NCBI GenBank assembly: GCA_002478945.1
Contig: DLKM01000020.1
Location: 16,335 to 80,334 of the forward strand
Origin: Christensenella sp. UBA7588
Lineage (GTDB): Bacteria > Bacillota > Clostridia > Christensenellales > CAG-917
Direction: 5' to 3'
DNA: 64,000 nt
The notes under the pieces were generated by a model, which saw only the letters and a program-made list of their open reading frames with translations, had not been told where the DNA came from and made no database searches. Positions 1 to 10,110 of this stretch are shown piece by piece. Position 1 is the stretch's first letter, and every line of letters begins with the position of its first letter. The translations under genes were made by a program, and so were the position numbers.

Positions 1-205
1 CGATGAACATAAGCATAATGAACAGCGGTTCGAGGTGGAAAATATCCGTATAGAATTTCTGCAACAGAGACGTTACCAAACCGAAAACGAGACAGCACGC
101 CGTATCGCCCATAGCGTAGCCGATGTAGTCTTTGGTTTTGAGTCCGCTCGTACGCGAAATAAAACTTTGTTCTGTCGCTTGCGCGACGTTTTGAGTATCG
201 CTCAT
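1..205 (-). CDS. GPH-family sugar (hexuronide/glycoside):cation symporter, N-terminal fragment running off the left edge
   Basis: Not in the ORF track because it is truncated. The reverse strand from ATG at 205-203 reads MSDTQNVAQATEQSFISRTSGLKTKDYIGYAMGDTACCLVFGLVTSLLQKFYTDIFHLEPLF. The IGYxxGD...FYTD pattern is typical of MelB/UidB-type transporters. It is the last gene of the uronate operon. Confidence 0.6.
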   Translation of the reverse strand, partial: MSDTQNVAQATEQSFISRTSGLKTKDYIGYAMGDTACCLVFGLVTSLLQKFYTDIFHLEPLFIMLMFI

Positions 206-271
206 AATTTTTCCCTTTTCTATTTTGTTAATATTGTTTTTAATTCGGGTGCGGGTGTCCCGCCCATAACG

Positions 272-1429
272 TTATTTGTTGTTTTTTGCTTGTTCTTCGG
301 CTTTTCTCTTTTCGAGTTCTTCGATGTATAAATCTTCGTCGAACGGAATCTGCACTTCTTTATGCGTCCAGCTTGCAAGATGAATCGCATTCGAGAACGT
401 CAAGCCGATAATGCCCTGTTCTCCCGGAGCGGTAAATTTATCCGTCTTTTTGAGCAGATAATCGGTGTAATTCTTGATGATACCGATATGTTGCGGCGGA
501 TATTTCGTGAAGTTGAGATAATGGCAAATTCCGCGATATTTATACTTTTTGGTCTTGGGTTTGCCCATAAACACGGTGTTATGCTCTGAAAATACGGGTT
601 CCATTTCTTTATTTTCCGTAAATACGAGTTTGCCCTTTTCGATGACGATTTTGCCGCCTTCGCCCGTGATTTCCAATCTGTTTGTACCGGGGGCGTCGTG
701 CGTGGACGTGATAAACACGCCCGTTGCGCCGTTTGCGAACTTGCAATATGCGGTAACGTCGTTCTCAACGCTAATATCTCTGCCTACCGTCGACGCCGTT
801 GCGGTAACGCTGACGGGAAGTCCTGCGAGCCAAGTGAATAAGTCAAGTTGATGAGGACATTGATTGAGCAATACGCCGCCGCCTTCTCCCCACCAAGTGC
901 CTCTCCAACCGCCTTGCGCGTAATATGCGCGCGGACGATACCAATTTGTGATTATCCATACGATTCTCGTAATTTTGCCGAGACGACCGCTGTCGATAAT
1001 CTCTTTTGCCTTGATGTAAAGCGGATTCGTGCGCTGATTGAACATCATACCAAAGAGCAATTCGGGATGCTTTTTCGCTTCCTCATTCATCTCTTTGACT
1101 TGTTTTGTATAAACGCCTGCGGGCTTATCGCAAAGCACGTTAAGACCTGCTTTCATTGCGTCCGTTGCGATTTGCGGATGGAAATAATGCGGAGTTTCCA
1201 CCATAACTACGTCGATAAGTCCCGATTTGAACATATCCTGATAGTTGTCGAACACTTTTACGCCTTTCAGGTTTTCTTCGGCGTATTTGCGTCTGTCGGG
1301 AGCAATATCGCAAACGGCGGTAAGTTTCGCGCCTTTGACGAGACCTCCGAGTTTGGTAAAAATCTTGGTATAGAAAGTGCCTTGTTTTCCGATACCGACG
1401 ATACCGTATCTAACTTCTTTTTTATCCAT
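272..1429 (-). CDS. Gfo/Idh/MocA-family NAD(P)-dependent oxidoreductase
   Basis: N-terminal Rossmann motif YGIVGIGKQG, plus the EKP-like CDKPAG motif and length typical of the family. Its ATG overlaps the upstream stop by 1 nt (TAATG). Confidence 0.8.
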   Translation of the reverse strand: MDKKEVRYGIVGIGKQGTFYTKIFTKLGGLVKGAKLTAVCDIAPDRRKYAEENLKGVKVFDNYQDMFKSGLIDVVMVETPHYFHPQIATDAMKAGLNVLCDKPAGVYTKQVKEMNEEAKKHPELLFGMMFNQRTNPLYIKAKEIIDSGRLGKITRIVWIITNWYRPRAYYAQGGWRGTWWGEGGGVLLNQCPHQLDLFTWLAGLPVSVTATASTVGRDISVENDVTAYCKFANGATGVFITSTHDAPGTNRLEITGEGGKIVIEKGKLVFTENKEMEPVFSEHNTVFMGKPKTKKYKYRGICHYLNFTKYPPQHIGIIKNYTDYLLKKTDKFTAPGEQGIIGLTFSNAIHLASWTHKEVQIPFDEDLYIEELEKRKAEEQAKNNK

Positions 1430-2346
1430 TATTCCACCTCTGCAAGTAATTTTTTGAGATTGTTATATTGCCACAAGAACACGGTAATTCTCGATGCGCA
1501 AGCAAAGTAATTTCTGTTCATCTTCTTGTCGATGAGTCTGAAAGCGTTGTAATAGTCTTTCATTGCAAATTTGACGAACGGCACGAAATACACGATAGGT
1601 TTCAAAACCGCATATTTGAAGGTGTGCGGCTCGAGAGTCATAAAGCCCTTGTAATCGCGCGCTTTGAGCTGACCGAGGATATAAGGATAGCAACCCTCTC
1701 CCGTTCCGACAGGCACTTCCACTTTATACTTCGAGCAGTCTTTGATGTGATAATACACGACGTAATCTTTGAGCATATCGAACGCTTCTTTCGGATTGAC
1801 GTCGCATTGAACGTAGTTGCTCGCGTCAAAGCACAGCACAAAGTCCTCGTCGTTTATCGCATTGTAAATTTCAAGCACTCTTTCGGGAACGTCTCCGTAA
1901 ATCTTCTTTTCGTTTTCGTGCAAGAGTTTTACGCCGCTGCCCTTGACGATTGCAAGCATTTCTTTGAGCCTTGCAATTACTTTATCCGAGCATTCCTCGG
2001 GCTTTTTGTCTCCGTAGAAAAACGAGAATACGCGGATATATCCGCATTCCGTAAGTTGCGCGATTTTAACGAGTTCGACAAGTTGTTTCTTTTGCTTTTT
2101 CCAACCTTCTTCGTCGTCGATGCCAACCTTGCCGATAGGAGAACCTATAGACGAAAACTTGATTCCCTCTCTCGTGAGAATGGGATAAATCTTTTCTTTG
2201 AACTCCTCGAGAGTATAGTCCGCGATGTTCTTTCCGTTGAGATTTCTCGGACACATATACTTCTCGTGCAAAGAATGTAAAATGCCGATTTGCGTACTTA
2301 AACTACTGCTAATCTCGTCATAAAACCCCGATATTGTAACTTCCAT
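1429..2346 (-). CDS. sugar phosphate isomerase/epimerase (xylose-isomerase-like TIM barrel)
   Basis: ISGFYDEIS start, IRVFSFFY and LHENEKKIYGD motifs typical of the AP-endonuclease-2/IolE-like TIM-barrel family. Lies within the operon. Confidence 0.7.
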   Translation of the reverse strand: MEVTISGFYDEISSSLSTQIGILHSLHEKYMCPRNLNGKNIADYTLEEFKEKIYPILTREGIKFSSIGSPIGKVGIDDEEGWKKQKKQLVELVKIAQLTECGYIRVFSFFYGDKKPEECSDKVIARLKEMLAIVKGSGVKLLHENEKKIYGDVPERVLEIYNAINDEDFVLCFDASNYVQCDVNPKEAFDMLKDYVVYYHIKDCSKYKVEVPVGTGEGCYPYILGQLKARDYKGFMTLEPHTFKYAVLKPIVYFVPFVKFAMKDYYNAFRLIDKKMNRNYFACASRITVFLWQYNNLKKLLAEVE

Positions 2347-2385
2347 ATATATTTACCTCTTTTTGTTTTCAAAAATCGAAACGCG

Positions 2386-3405
2386 TTATCTCTGCACTCT
2401 GCCGCTGGCGTTACCCTTTGCCAAAGCGTTGACTTCGTCCACGGAGACCATATTGTAGTCTCCCTCCACCGAATGTTTGAGACAACTTGCCGCCGTTGCG
2501 AACTCGATGGCATCCTGCGCGTAATAATCGTGCAACATAGCGTAAATAAGTCCTGCGCCGAAGCTGTCGCCTCCGCCCACTCTGTCCACGATATGCATTG
2601 CGTATTTCTTGCTGAAAAACGCGTTGCCGCCTGCGTAAAGCATACCCGACCAATTATTGTCGTTGGCGTTTACGCTCTCTCTCAACGTGATTGCGACGGA
2701 CTTGAATCCGAACTTGTCCGTAAGTTGTTTTGCCACCGAAACGTATCCTTGCTTGTCGAGTTTTCCGCTCTCGATGTCGGAATTTTCCGCTTCGATGCCG
2801 AACACGTCCTTTGCGTCCTCCTCGTTTGCGATGCAGACGTCGACGTATTTGCAAATCTCGCTCATTACCTCGCAAGCCTTTTCTTTGCTCCAGAGTTTTT
2901 TGCGGAAATTGAGGTCGCAAGAAACGATTATTCCTTTATCTTTCGCACTCTTAACCGCTTGCAAAACCGCTTCTGCGAGATTGTCCGAAAGCGCGGGGGT
3001 AATGCCCGTAAAATGGAACCATTGCACGTCCCTGAAAATCACGTCCCAGTCAAAATCGTCCGTTTTAGCAGTCGCTACGGACGAGCCTGCTCTGTCGTAT
3101 ATAACCTTGCTCGGACGTTGACTTGCGCCTTTTTCGCAAAAGTATATACCCACTCTGTCTCCGCCTCTTTGCACGAGCGACGTATCCACGCCGAATTTAC
3201 GCAAAGAATTTATCGCGCATTGACCTATCTCGTGAGCGGGAAGTTTGCTTACGAAAGCCGCGTCCACTCCGAAATTCGCAAGCGACACGGCAACGTTTGC
3301 TTCCGCGCCGCCGAAAGTTGCTTCCAACCTGTCCGCTTGCACGAAACGCAAATAATTTTCAGGCTCCAGACGGAGCATCAATTCTCCGAAAGTTACGACT
3401 CGCAT
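2386..3405 (-). CDS. kdgK: 2-dehydro-3-deoxygluconokinase (PfkB family)
   Basis: MRVVTFGELMLRL start and the C-terminal DRVGGGDSFGAGL PfkB signature. The track ORF starts at a TTG (3426); the ATG at 3405 has an AAGGAGA RBS about 9 nt upstream, so I use 3405. Confidence 0.8.
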   Translation of the reverse strand: MRVVTFGELMLRLEPENYLRFVQADRLEATFGGAEANVAVSLANFGVDAAFVSKLPAHEIGQCAINSLRKFGVDTSLVQRGGDRVGIYFCEKGASQRPSKVIYDRAGSSVATAKTDDFDWDVIFRDVQWFHFTGITPALSDNLAEAVLQAVKSAKDKGIIVSCDLNFRKKLWSKEKACEVMSEICKYVDVCIANEEDAKDVFGIEAENSDIESGKLDKQGYVSVAKQLTDKFGFKSVAITLRESVNANDNNWSGMLYAGGNAFFSKKYAMHIVDRVGGGDSFGAGLIYAMLHDYYAQDAIEFATAASCLKHSVEGDYNMVSVDEVNALAKGNASGRVQR

Positions 3406-3968
3406 ATTCTTACTATCTCCTTGCAATTTTGCACGACGTCTCCCTTCATCATAAAGGAACCGCCGACTGCGTAAACTTTGTCAAAATCAAGATACTCTTT
3501 GAGGTTGCTCGAATCGACTCCGCCCGTCGGAATAAATCTGACTTGCGGGAACGGCGCGGAAAGTGCTTTCATCGCTTTCAAACCGCCGTAAACCCCTGCG
3601 GGGAAAAACTTGACTATATTCAATCCGTAAGAAAGAGCGCGCATAATCTCGGTAGGAGTTACGCACCCCGGATAATACGGAATATCGTTATCGACGCAAT
3701 AGCGAGCCACTTCGTCCGAAAAACCGGGAGAAACGATAAACTTTGCGCCTGCTTCCACCGCCTTTAACGCTTGCTCGAGATTGATAACCGTACCTGCGCC
3801 GACGTTCATATCTTCAAACGTACGAGTAGCGATTGCGATTGCCTCCGCCGCGCAAGGCGTACGGAAAGTTATCTCCGCGCAATTTATTCCGCCCTCTCTC
3901 AGTTTGGAAAGAATATCGACCGTATCTTTTGCGTCGTTAATGACGACGACGGGAATAACCTGTTTCAT
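3393..3968 (-). CDS. eda: KDPG/KHG aldolase
   Basis: 191 aa with GINCAEITFRTP, GAGTV, FIVSPG and KFFPA motifs of Eda-type class I aldolases. Overlaps kdgK by 13 nt. Confidence 0.8.
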   Translation of the reverse strand: MKQVIPVVVINDAKDTVDILSKLREGGINCAEITFRTPCAAEAIAIATRTFEDMNVGAGTVINLEQALKAVEAGAKFIVSPGFSDEVARYCVDNDIPYYPGCVTPTEIMRALSYGLNIVKFFPAGVYGGLKAMKALSAPFPQVRFIPTGGVDSSNLKEYLDFDKVYAVGGSFMMKGDVVQNCKEIVRICES

Positions 3969-3969
3969 A

Positions 3970-4800
3970 TCACACCCCGCTGTAAGCCGAGAATCCGCCG
4001 TCTACGGGAATGACCGTTCCCGTAACGAATCCGCTCGCTCCGTCGTCCGCAAGCCATAGCAGGCACCCCACGAGGTCCTTGATTTCTCCGAATTTTTTCA
4101 TCGGAGTCGCATTGAGAATCTTGCCCGTTCTCGGAGTGGGCGTGCCGTCCGCGGTAAAGAGCAACGCTCTGTTTTGATTGGTAACGAAAAATCCGGGAGC
4201 GATTGCGTTGCAACGGATATGGCAAGGCGCAAAATGCACCGCGAGCCATTGCGTAAAGTTGGATATACCTGCTTTTGCCGCGCTGTAGGCAGGTATCTTG
4301 GTAAGAGGAGTAAACGCGTTCATCGACGAAATGTTGATGATGTTTCCGCCCTTTACGACCATATCTTTCGCAAACACCTGCGTAACGAGAAACGCCGACG
4401 TGATATTGAGGTCGAACACAAATTTCAAGCCGCTTTCCTCGAGTGCGAAAAAGTCCTTGACGCCTTGCGTCGACGGAGTCATAACTTCGTTGTCGGTGGT
4501 GGCTTTGGGATTGTTTCCGCCTGCGCCGTTGATGAGGAAGTTTACGGTTCCCCACTTTGCGTTTATAGCGGCTTTCGCTTTGTAAATGTCGGCTTTATCG
4601 AGACAGTTGCACTTGAGTGCAAACGCATTGTCCCCGATTTGCTCCGCCACGGCGTTTGCCGCGTCGTAGTTAATATCGAGAAGCGCGACTTTCGCACCGC
4701 ATTCCGCAAGGGCTCTTGCAAATTCCGAGCAGATAACTCCGCCCGCTCCCGTGATTGCAACTACTTTGTCGCTCAAATCGACTTTGAATGGTACGCTCAT
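3970..4800 (-). CDS. SDR-family oxidoreductase, UxuB-like (fructuronate/D-mannonate reductase type)
   Basis: ITGAGGVICSEF glycine-rich motif, NGAGGN, and a YSAAK catalytic motif. Sits between uxuA and eda. Confidence 0.65.
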   Translation of the reverse strand: MSVPFKVDLSDKVVAITGAGGVICSEFARALAECGAKVALLDINYDAANAVAEQIGDNAFALKCNCLDKADIYKAKAAINAKWGTVNFLINGAGGNNPKATTDNEVMTPSTQGVKDFFALEESGLKFVFDLNITSAFLVTQVFAKDMVVKGGNIINISSMNAFTPLTKIPAYSAAKAGISNFTQWLAVHFAPCHIRCNAIAPGFFVTNQNRALLFTADGTPTPRTGKILNATPMKKFGEIKDLVGCLLWLADDGASGFVTGTVIPVDGGFSAYSGV

Positions 4801-5831
4801 TTTATCTCCTTTTCAACCGCTTCGAAAAGTCCGCAGAGGTAACACGCTCCCATTGCTCTGTCAAAGAGTCCGTATCCCGGTTTTGCGTCCTCTCCCCACA
4901 CGTTTCTGCCGTGGTCGGGGCGAACGTAGCCGTCGAATCCGTTCTCGACAAGAGCCTTGACTATCGCGTATACGTCAACGTCTCCGCAAGCGGTCTGATG
5001 TCCGTTTTCATAAAAATTTATATCTCCGTCGTACTTGAGTTGGCGGAGGTGTGCAAAATAAATACGCTTTGCGTATTTTCGAGCCATTTTCGGCAAATCG
5101 TTAAATCTTCCCGCGCCGAGACTACCCGTGCAGAAAGTTATGCCGTTGTGCATATCTGGTACAGCCTCGAACAGTCTGTCGTAATCTTCTTCTCTGCATA
5201 TAATGCGAGGAAGTCCGAACATATCCCACGGCGGGTCGTCGGGATGTATCGCCATATTTACGTCCGCTTCCGCGCAAGCAGGCATAATCGCGCGCAGAAA
5301 ATATACGAGATTGTCAAACAGTTTTTCGTGAGTCATTCCCTCGTATTCGGACAAAAGCGCGTTGAGTTCGCTCGACGAATAACTCTCGTCCCAACCCGGC
5401 AAATGCAGGTTTTTCGCATCGAGCGCAAGCAACTTTTCGTGGTCGTACGCAAGCGAAGTCGAGCCGTCGGAGTGTTTGAAGTATAAGTCCGTGCGCAACC
5501 AATCGAATACGGGCATAAAATTGTAGCAAATGCACTTTACGCCCACTTTTCCGCAGTTGAGAATGTTCTGTTTGTACGCCTCTATATATTTGTCTCTCGA
5601 GGGTTTTCCGAGTTTTATATCTTCGTGAACGGGTACAGATTCGATAACTTCCATTTCGAGTCCCGCCTCATCGGACAATTTTTTGAGTCTTTCGAGTTTC
5701 GCAATATCCCAAACCTCTCCGACGGGCGTGTCGTAAACGGCCGTAACCACTCCGCTCATACCTTGAATCTGCTTGATATAGTCAAGCGGAATGCAATCTT
5801 TTTCGCCGTACCAGCGAAACGTCATTTTCAT
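4797..5831 (-). CDS. uxuA: mannonate dehydratase
   Basis: MKMTFRWYGEKD...IPLDYIKQI N-terminus is characteristic of UxuA. ATGA overlaps on both sides. Confidence 0.9.
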   Translation of the reverse strand: MKMTFRWYGEKDCIPLDYIKQIQGMSGVVTAVYDTPVGEVWDIAKLERLKKLSDEAGLEMEVIESVPVHEDIKLGKPSRDKYIEAYKQNILNCGKVGVKCICYNFMPVFDWLRTDLYFKHSDGSTSLAYDHEKLLALDAKNLHLPGWDESYSSSELNALLSEYEGMTHEKLFDNLVYFLRAIMPACAEADVNMAIHPDDPPWDMFGLPRIICREEDYDRLFEAVPDMHNGITFCTGSLGAGRFNDLPKMARKYAKRIYFAHLRQLKYDGDINFYENGHQTACGDVDVYAIVKALVENGFDGYVRPDHGRNVWGEDAKPGYGLFDRAMGACYLCGLFEAVEKEIK

Positions 5832-7021
5832 AAAGCAAGAGTCTCCTTGATGTTGTAATACGCCAAGTCTTTGGCAAGCGCGACCGCAGACGAAGCGTCG
5901 TATTCGCCTTTGTCTACCTTGTCCGCGATGAAAGACGCAAGTATTCTGCGGTAAAAATCGAATCTAACGTACGAACTGAACGACCTGCTGTCCGTAAGCA
6001 TACCGAGATTTGTGCCTAAAACCGCGTATTCGGACACGGTTTCGAGCTGTCTCTTTATTCCGCAAACGGTGTCGTTAAACCACCACGCCGCGCCGACAAG
6101 CACGTTTCTGAACGCACCCGAAATCGCGCAAACGGCTCTCAGACAAGCGTCGTTGAGCGGATAAAGCACGATTGTGGGCAAACCGCCGAGTTTGGTGTTT
6201 TCCTCGTCGAGGAGTTTTGCAAGAGCGTCCGTTGCGATATTGTCTCTGAAAACGTCAAAACCGCTGTCTCTGCCGATTTGCTCGAAAGCGGAAGAATTGA
6301 TATTGCGGAAAGTGCCGAAATGAAGTTGCAATACGAGGTTTTTCTCGTAGCATTTTTCGATAAGCCATTTGAGATTGTCGGTATTTGAAAAATCGTCGAA
6401 GCCGTGGTCTGCGATTTTGCAGCCTTTGGACACGAAATAGTCGAGCCTGTCCGACAAAACTTTTTTGTCCGTACCCTCCGAAAAGCATCTGTCGGGACGG
6501 AAAGTCGGGCGGACTTTAACGCCGTCGAAATCTCCGTGATTGCTCAAATCGGAGAACGGGTCGTCCGTGGTCGCGATATACTCGACGTTGAATTTTTTGA
6601 GCAGTTTTCTCACGCTCAAGTTTTTCAAAACGGCGTTGGCTTTTTCGTAAATACGGCTTGCGCTGTCGGCGTTGAGAGGTTCGTTTACGCCGAAAACCTG
6701 CAAAAGTTCCATTTGCGTCCAGTAATACAGAGGATTGCCGATAAGTTTAGGCATAATCTCGGCGTACTTGAAAAACTTTTCTTTATAAGTGCGATTGCCC
6801 GTGATATAACTTTCGTCCACACCGCAAAGGCGCATCGCACGCCACTTATAGTGGTCGCCCGAAAGCCACAATTCTCCTATATCGGAAAAACGCTTGTCGT
6901 TTTTTATGTCCTCGTCGCTCAAATGACAGTGATAGTCGATAATCGGCAAAGCGGCTATGCTTTGATAAATACTTTTTGCCGTCTCTCCCGAAAGCAACAA
7001 ATTATCGTCGAAAAAACTCAT
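5828..7021 (-). CDS. uxaC: glucuronate isomerase (shorter than the ~470-aa classic form)
   Basis: FFDDNLLLSGETAKSIY...PIIDYHCHL and GDHYKWRAMR motifs of UxaC. Only 397 aa. Confidence 0.85.
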   Translation of the reverse strand: MSFFDDNLLLSGETAKSIYQSIAALPIIDYHCHLSDEDIKNDKRFSDIGELWLSGDHYKWRAMRLCGVDESYITGNRTYKEKFFKYAEIMPKLIGNPLYYWTQMELLQVFGVNEPLNADSASRIYEKANAVLKNLSVRKLLKKFNVEYIATTDDPFSDLSNHGDFDGVKVRPTFRPDRCFSEGTDKKVLSDRLDYFVSKGCKIADHGFDDFSNTDNLKWLIEKCYEKNLVLQLHFGTFRNINSSAFEQIGRDSGFDVFRDNIATDALAKLLDEENTKLGGLPTIVLYPLNDACLRAVCAISGAFRNVLVGAAWWFNDTVCGIKRQLETVSEYAVLGTNLGMLTDSRSFSSYVRFDFYRRILASFIADKVDKGEYDASSAVALAKDLAYYNIKETLAL

Positions 7022-7129
7022 TTTTTCACACTCCTATATGTATAATTTTACCACCCAACTTTTGCATAGTAAACCCCGATTATTGCTTTTTTACTTGCAA
7101 AAATTGCGGTATTGTTCTATATTTTATAT

Positions 7130-7981
7130 ATGAGCATAGATAAATACGAAAATCAACAGATGAGCCAACCCGATTTTGAGGCGCATCACAAAAAAGACAA
7201 AGACTTCAAGACGGTGGAAATGCACTCGCACGATTTTTGCGAAGTGTACTTTTTCCTGCAAGGTTCGGCAAGTTACATCGTCGAAGATTGCAAGTACGTT
7301 TTGCGCTCGGGCGACGTGCTTTTGATACCGCCGAGCAAACTGCATCAGTTGGACATCAAAGACTCTGCCGAAACCTACGAGCGCATAGTTCTGTGGCTCA
7401 ATCAACGTTATCTGAAACGCATTTCCACCCCGAAAACAGACTTGAACACCTGCTTTTTGCAAGCGTGCGAACGCAACGCTTTTTTGGTGCGAAACGCCGT
7501 TATTTCGGACAAAATTCGTCGCCTTTTTGACGGCGTTCTTCTCTCGAAAGACGACTCTTTCGGAGCCGACGTCGAAGGGGAAAATTATGTCAAATCGCTT
7601 CTCGTACTTTTGGGACGATACTTCTTGCAAAACTCGGATGATTTTGCCGTGAAAGGAAAGACCAACGCCTGCGTAACCAAAGCGATAGATTACATCGGCG
7701 AACATATATCGCAAGACCTGTCGCTCGACGCGATAGCCTCCGCTCTTTTCGTCGACAAATACTATTTTGCCCACGTTTTCAAAGAAAACACCAACACTTC
7801 TCCTCATAGGTATATTCTCAAAAAACGACTCGTTTTGTCCAAACAACTCATAGAACAAGGCTACCCCGTTACCGAAGTTTATTCAAAATGCGGCTTTTCC
7901 GATTACACGCACTTTTTCCGCGCTTTCAAAAACGAATACGGCATAACGCCAAAGCAATTCTACGCCTCGATAAACTCATAA
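7130..7981 (+). CDS. AraC-family transcriptional regulator (N-terminal cupin sensor plus C-terminal HTH)
   Basis: N-terminal cupin-like HSHDFCEVYFFLQG and C-terminal AraC HTH (YYFAHVFKENTNTSPHRYILKKR...GFSDYTHFFRAFKNEYGITP). The track start is a TTG at 7112; the first ATG is at 7130. Divergent from the uronate operon. Confidence 0.8.
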   Translation: MSIDKYENQQMSQPDFEAHHKKDKDFKTVEMHSHDFCEVYFFLQGSASYIVEDCKYVLRSGDVLLIPPSKLHQLDIKDSAETYERIVLWLNQRYLKRISTPKTDLNTCFLQACERNAFLVRNAVISDKIRRLFDGVLLSKDDSFGADVEGENYVKSLLVLLGRYFLQNSDDFAVKGKTNACVTKAIDYIGEHISQDLSLDAIASALFVDKYYFAHVFKENTNTSPHRYILKKRLVLSKQLIEQGYPVTEVYSKCGFSDYTHFFRAFKNEYGITPKQFYASINS

Positions 7982-8041
7982 TCCGATAAAAACAGACTAT
8001 TAGAATATCGAAATATTGTTTTTCCGGCTAAAAACGCAAAC

Positions 8042-8076
8042 AAAAAAACAGCCTCGACGGGCTGTTTCGTTTTTTT
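8042..8076. terminator. bidirectional rho-independent terminator
   Basis: AAACAGCC-tcgacg-GGCTGTTT hairpin with an A-run before and a T-run after, between convergent genes. Confidence 0.7.
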
Positions 8077-8094
8077 ATCGTATCGGTTGGTTTT

Positions 8095-9057
8095 TCAAAG
8101 AATTTTAACTTCTTTTCCGTTGCTTGCGTATGAGGCAAGTACTTCCCTTACGCACTTTGCGCCTTCGGACGCGTCTATCCAGAATTTTTCTCCTTTGTCA
8201 ACGCAATCGTAAAAATGCGCTATAAGTTTTTCGTGTCCGTTGCCGTAGGAAAGTTTTCCGTACCAATGTTCTCCTTTTCTTATGTCCGCAACTTCTCCGT
8301 CGATTAAAACCTCGTCGGGGTACAACGTGATTATTTTGCCTTCCGACATAAATCTTATTTCTATCGGCAAATCGCTCTTTGCCGTGTTTGTGGCAAAAAA
8401 TTCAAAATCAGTATTCCCTTTGAACAACGCTATTGCGGTGTCCTCGACCTCGATAACGTCTTTGAGCGAATAATTGTAAACGTTTGCGCACACGCTTTCG
8501 GGCGCGCCGCAAATCCATTGCATCAAATCAAGGGTGTGAATCGCTTGATTTATCATCACACCGCCGCCCTCCGTTGCTTTTTTACCGCGCCAGTCTGCGG
8601 TGGCGTAATACGCCGCGTCTCTATGCCACGAAACGTTGCCGAACGCAAAATCTATCTTTTTGCCTTGCAGATATTCCTTGACGAATCGGCTAGAACGATT
8701 GTATCTGTTCTGCAGACAAACGCCGAGCATTGCTTTTGACTTGCTCTCTGCCTCGACAATTCTGTCTATGTCCTCGGCCTTTATACAAAGAGGCTTTTCG
8801 CAAAGAACGTTTACGTCTCTTTCGAGCGCATAAATTGCCATATCGGCGTGCAAATAATGCGGAGTGCAAATATGCACGACGTCGAGTTTTTCGTTGTCGA
8901 GCATCGCTTTGTAATCGGTGTATTTTTTCACGCCGTCGTATTTCTCGAGTACGCTCTCGTCAATATCGCAAAGCGCGACAATATCGACGCCTTGTTTTCT
9001 CAACACGTCGTAATGCACCCTGCCTATAACGCCCAAACCGATGATTGCCGCTTTCAT
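8095..9057 (-). CDS. Gfo/Idh/MocA-family oxidoreductase
   Basis: MKAAIIGLGVIGRVH Rossmann start (ATG at 9057 with an AGAGG RBS; the track ORF extends to 9120) and the CEKPL motif. Confidence 0.75.
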   Translation of the reverse strand: MKAAIIGLGVIGRVHYDVLRKQGVDIVALCDIDESVLEKYDGVKKYTDYKAMLDNEKLDVVHICTPHYLHADMAIYALERDVNVLCEKPLCIKAEDIDRIVEAESKSKAMLGVCLQNRYNRSSRFVKEYLQGKKIDFAFGNVSWHRDAAYYATADWRGKKATEGGGVMINQAIHTLDLMQWICGAPESVCANVYNYSLKDVIEVEDTAIALFKGNTDFEFFATNTAKSDLPIEIRFMSEGKIITLYPDEVLIDGEVADIRKGEHWYGKLSYGNGHEKLIAHFYDCVDKGEKFWIDASEGAKCVREVLASYASNGKEVKIL

Positions 9058-9142
9058 ATATTGCCTCTTGCATTTGATATTATATACCTTATCATCGCTC
9101 CGATTCAAAGTCAATGACAAGATTTGAATTTATCTGCACCCA

Positions 9143-9949
9143 TTAAGCCGCAAGACCGTCTCTTTCCGCTTGATTTTCCTCTCTTTTATATGACGGTTCG
9201 ATTGCCGCAAACGTCTTGTCTACGCGCTTGTCGTTTATAAGTATCGTTAGCCTGCCGATGCCGATAAACAGCAACATTCCCGCTATAAGAACGAGTGACA
9301 TCAAAAAGTACGCAAGCGGATAATTGACGGTTTCGCTCTTTGAGAAAAACGACCATATAAACTCGGGACGGTAGAACGGATACGGATAAAAGCGCATTTT
9401 GCCAACCGCACCTCTGATTATCGAAAATATCGAATACGCAAGCGGATATATCGCGAAATACCAAACGTCGGTATGTTTGACCCTTGCGCTCGAGAGCGGA
9501 AAGAACCACAAAATCAGCATAAGCGGAGGAATTATCATATGGAAATACACTTGTATGAAACTGCTCATCGCGTGATAAGCGTCGTGCCACTTGAACGGCG
9601 GCGTGAAGCCCATAGGAATGCCTGCGGTATACACGATACCCGTGACGAGAATATACGTCGTAGCCATTGCGCCGACAAGCGGATTATACGCCACCTTACC
9701 TGCGCCCTTTACGCCGTACGAAGCAAGTCCTACGCATATCAGATAGACGTATACGAACACGTTGGATTGTATGGTAAAGAAAGATAAAATATTGAATTTT
9801 CCGTAATCTACGGGGCTGAATTTCTCGTCATACTCAAAAATGTAGTAACTCAATCTGTGTATGATAATCAAAAAGCCGAACACGCCGAGAATGATTGCGA
9901 GCGTACCGAAAATCTTGTTTTTTGCGAGTTTGCTTTGATGAATTTGCAT
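9143..9949 (-). CDS. polytopic integral membrane protein (possibly Pr6Pr-like; function unknown)
   Basis: About 7 hydrophobic segments and an FFTIQSN motif. The likely start is the ATG at 9949 (GAGGG RBS), not 10021. Confidence 0.5.
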   Translation of the reverse strand: MQIHQSKLAKNKIFGTLAIILGVFGFLIIIHRLSYYIFEYDEKFSPVDYGKFNILSFFTIQSNVFVYVYLICVGLASYGVKGAGKVAYNPLVGAMATTYILVTGIVYTAGIPMGFTPPFKWHDAYHAMSSFIQVYFHMIIPPLMLILWFFPLSSARVKHTDVWYFAIYPLAYSIFSIIRGAVGKMRFYPYPFYRPEFIWSFFSKSETVNYPLAYFLMSLVLIAGMLLFIGIGRLTILINDKRVDKTFAAIEPSYKREENQAERDGLAA

Positions 9950-10110
9950 AACTTTCCCTCTATACCGCGATACAACCATAATAAACCCTGTGTCGAGTTT
10001 TTTCAAGAGTGAAAAATGCAATCACGATTTTTTGTCGAAACGCTTGAAACATTCGTTATGCACGTCGCGTAAATATCCGACTTTTTCGAGCATCTAACCT
10101 ATCGTATTTG

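Noticed and set aside
35-331. 98-aa plus-strand ORF at the left edge
   Set aside because: It overlaps, in antisense, the GPH transporter N-terminus and the end of the oxidoreductase gene. It has no RBS and no recognisable features.
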